A stretch of 64,000 nt of DNA from an uncultured Candidatus Actinomarina sp. Its GTDB lineage: Bacteria; Actinomycetota; Acidimicrobiia; Actinomarinales; Actinomarinaceae. The DNA is taken from positions 211,569 through 275,568 of the forward strand of contig CACHBU010000001.1 in assembly GCA_902578135.1 (NCBI GenBank). Direction: 5' to 3'. The notes beneath the pieces were generated by a model. It saw nothing but the letters and a program-made list of their open reading frames with translations. It ran no database searches and was not told the DNA's origin. A program made the position numbers and the translations under genes. Shown here in pieces: positions 62,590 to 64,000 of this stretch. The stretch's first letter is position 1, and each line of letters opens with the position of its first letter.

Positions 62590-63357
62590 ATGAATATTGG
62601 TGCTCATATACCCTCAAAAAACGCAATTGAAGAGATAAAACTCCGAAAAGGTGATACTTTTCAGATATTTATATCCAGTCCACAAATGTGGAAAAGCCCA
62701 AAACCTCGAGAAGATGTCGATGTTTTACAAGATTATGAAGGACCAATATATGTCCACGCACCATATTTAATAAATGTTGCTACTCCAAATAATAAAGTGC
62801 GTCATCCAAGCAGGAAACTATTAAAAGACACATGTAAAGTTGCTGCCAGTTTCGGCGCTAAAGGAGTCATTGTTCACGGAGGGTCTGTTGGAGAAGGTGG
62901 AGACATTGGTGTTGGTTATGACAACTGGAGAAAAGCTATAGAACATGTTGAAGATACTGGAATGCGAGTACTGGTAGAAAATACAGCTGGTGGAAAAAAC
63001 TCAGTTGCCAGATACATGGACTCTATTGAGAGACTTTGGGAAGTAATTGGCCATTTAAACGTCGGGCTCTGTCTAGATACATGTCATACATGGGCAGGAG
63101 GAATTCCTACAGAAAAAGCAGTAAAGGGATTTAAAAAACTTGTTAAGAAGATAGACCTTGTTCATTTCAATGACTCAAAAGATGGCTTTGAAAGCTCAAG
63201 AGATCGTCATGAGAACTTGGGCAAAGGACAGATTCCGAAAGCTGAACTTGAATATGTTATTAAAAACTGTAAAACAGATATTGTTGTTGAAACTCCTGGA
63301 GGACTAGAAGCGCAAAAGAAAGACATTGCGTGGATTAAACGTCGCTTAAAGAAATGA
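62590..63357 (+). CDS. nfo: Deoxyribonuclease IV (AP endonuclease family 2)
   Basis: VHAPYLINVATPN, VIVHGGS, VLVENTAG, CLDTCHTWAGG, HFNDSKD...RDRHENLGKG metal-ligand motifs. Confidence 0.9.
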   Translation: MNIGAHIPSKNAIEEIKLRKGDTFQIFISSPQMWKSPKPREDVDVLQDYEGPIYVHAPYLINVATPNNKVRHPSRKLLKDTCKVAASFGAKGVIVHGGSVGEGGDIGVGYDNWRKAIEHVEDTGMRVLVENTAGGKNSVARYMDSIERLWEVIGHLNVGLCLDTCHTWAGGIPTEKAVKGFKKLVKKIDLVHFNDSKDGFESSRDRHENLGKGQIPKAELEYVIKNCKTDIVVETPGGLEAQKKDIAWIKRRLKK

Positions 63358-64000
63358 ACTATTTACCATCTAACCTTGAATTCAGAGATGGAGTCGCTTT
63401 TATCGGAGAGACTTCACTACTTGATGTCGCCAAAGAGTACGGGACTCCCCTCTACGTCTATGACTGGGAGCACCTACGAGATAATATAGATTATTTTACG
63501 AATGCTTTTGGAGAGGAGACCTATTTTAGATATGCAGCAAAAGCTTTTATCTGTAAAGCCTTAGTCAAAGAACTTGATGACAAAGGTTGGGGAGTAGATG
63601 TTGTCTCAGGTGGGGAGATGGCAACAGTCCAAGCTGTTACTGGAACCTTAGAAAACTCTTTATTTAATGGAACCTTTAAACATAAAGATGAGATTGAGTT
63701 CTTTATGCAACATAATGGTGGCCATATCTCTGTAGATAATCGTTTTGAGATTCCAATGCTTGAAGAAGTTGCAAGTAAATTAGACAGAAAACAACCAGTC
63801 ATTATGCGTATAAACCTAGATGTTGGAGCCGAGACCCATCCAATGGTATTGACTTCAGGGTACGACCAACAGTTTGGTATATCTATTGGTTTTGCTGAAG
63901 AGGCATTACAACAAATATATAACTCAAAACATTTACTCTTTTCTGGAGTTCACGTCCATATTGGAAGCCAGATAAAAGATCCAGATCGGTACAAAAAAGC
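63354..64000 (+). CDS. lysA: Diaminopimelate decarboxylase (N-terminal part; runs off the window edge)
   Basis: Absent from the ORF track because it is open-ended. My translation from the ATG at 63354 (ATGA overlap with the nfo stop) reads MNYLPSNLEFRDGVAFIGETSLLDVAKEYGTPLYVYDWEHL...YAAKAF...DVVSGGE...HVHIGSQI. This is the PLP Orn/DAP/Arg decarboxylase family 2 pattern. Confidence 0.85.
   Translation, partial: MNYLPSNLEFRDGVAFIGETSLLDVAKEYGTPLYVYDWEHLRDNIDYFTNAFGEETYFRYAAKAFICKALVKELDDKGWGVDVVSGGEMATVQAVTGTLENSLFNGTFKHKDEIEFFMQHNGGHISVDNRFEIPMLEEVASKLDRKQPVIMRINLDVGAETHPMVLTSGYDQQFGISIGFAEEALQQIYNSKHLLFSGVHVHIGSQIKDPDRYKK

Noticed and set aside
1-64000. Prophage, integrative element, toxin-antitoxin, restriction-modification or other defence island; rRNA and tRNA genes.
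   Set aside because: I found no integrase, transposase, capsid, terminase, nuclease-helicase or methyltransferase signatures, and no flanking direct repeats. I also found no tRNA-like T-arm (GGTTCGAATCC-type) strings in the intergenic regions I read. The HTH protein at 30363 has an excisionase-like fold signature but no integrase partner.

Overview
This is a 64 kb, densely coding, visibly AT-rich segment of a bacterial chromosome (about one-third G+C by eye, not computed) that spans the replication-origin neighbourhood. Every gene left of about 17.4 kb is on the minus strand, and every gene from 17.7 to 22 kb is on the plus strand. The switch lies between dnaA and rpmH. One side reads dnaA-dnaN-(DUF721-like)-gyrB-gyrA-DUF3566. 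The other reads rpmH-rnpA-yidD-yidC-jag-rsmG-parA-parB, followed by CwlM-like/trxB and NUDIX/CCA-enzyme genes. This is the actinobacterial layout, so I infer a streamlined low-GC actinobacterium, possibly like marine Actinomarinales; the taxon call is inference only. I can support about 75 CDS, a compact cobalamin riboswitch, a Trp-codon leader-peptide attenuator, two Zur-type operators, one parS site, two tandem structured small-RNA-like units and a few short tandem repeats. I saw no rRNA, tRNA, CRISPR array, transposase, integrase or recognisable defence gene. Five things stand out. (1) The best candidate for an undescribed system is a 5.4 kb nine-gene array at 50.5-55.9 kb. It consists only of small polytopic membrane proteins (three clearly paralogous, one divergent) interleaved with paralogous ABM-like (ferredoxin-fold) proteins, with no recognisable enzyme, transporter or regulator. 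(2) A 183-bp tandem duplication at 62.1-62.4 kb encodes two promoter-plus-terminator-bounded structured RNAs whose helices show compensatory changes. (3) The palindromic motif TTCGCGAA/CTCGCGAA recurs upstream of both RNAs and twice in the dnaA-rpmH spacer. (4) A trpB2 gene is co-transcribed with a PEP-utilising-family phosphotransferase behind a W-N-W-W leader peptide and attenuator. (5) Three tandem, internally duplicated Cys-containing lipoprotein genes sit upstream of a MacB-type exporter. All product calls come from reading motifs in the supplied translations; no database search was run.
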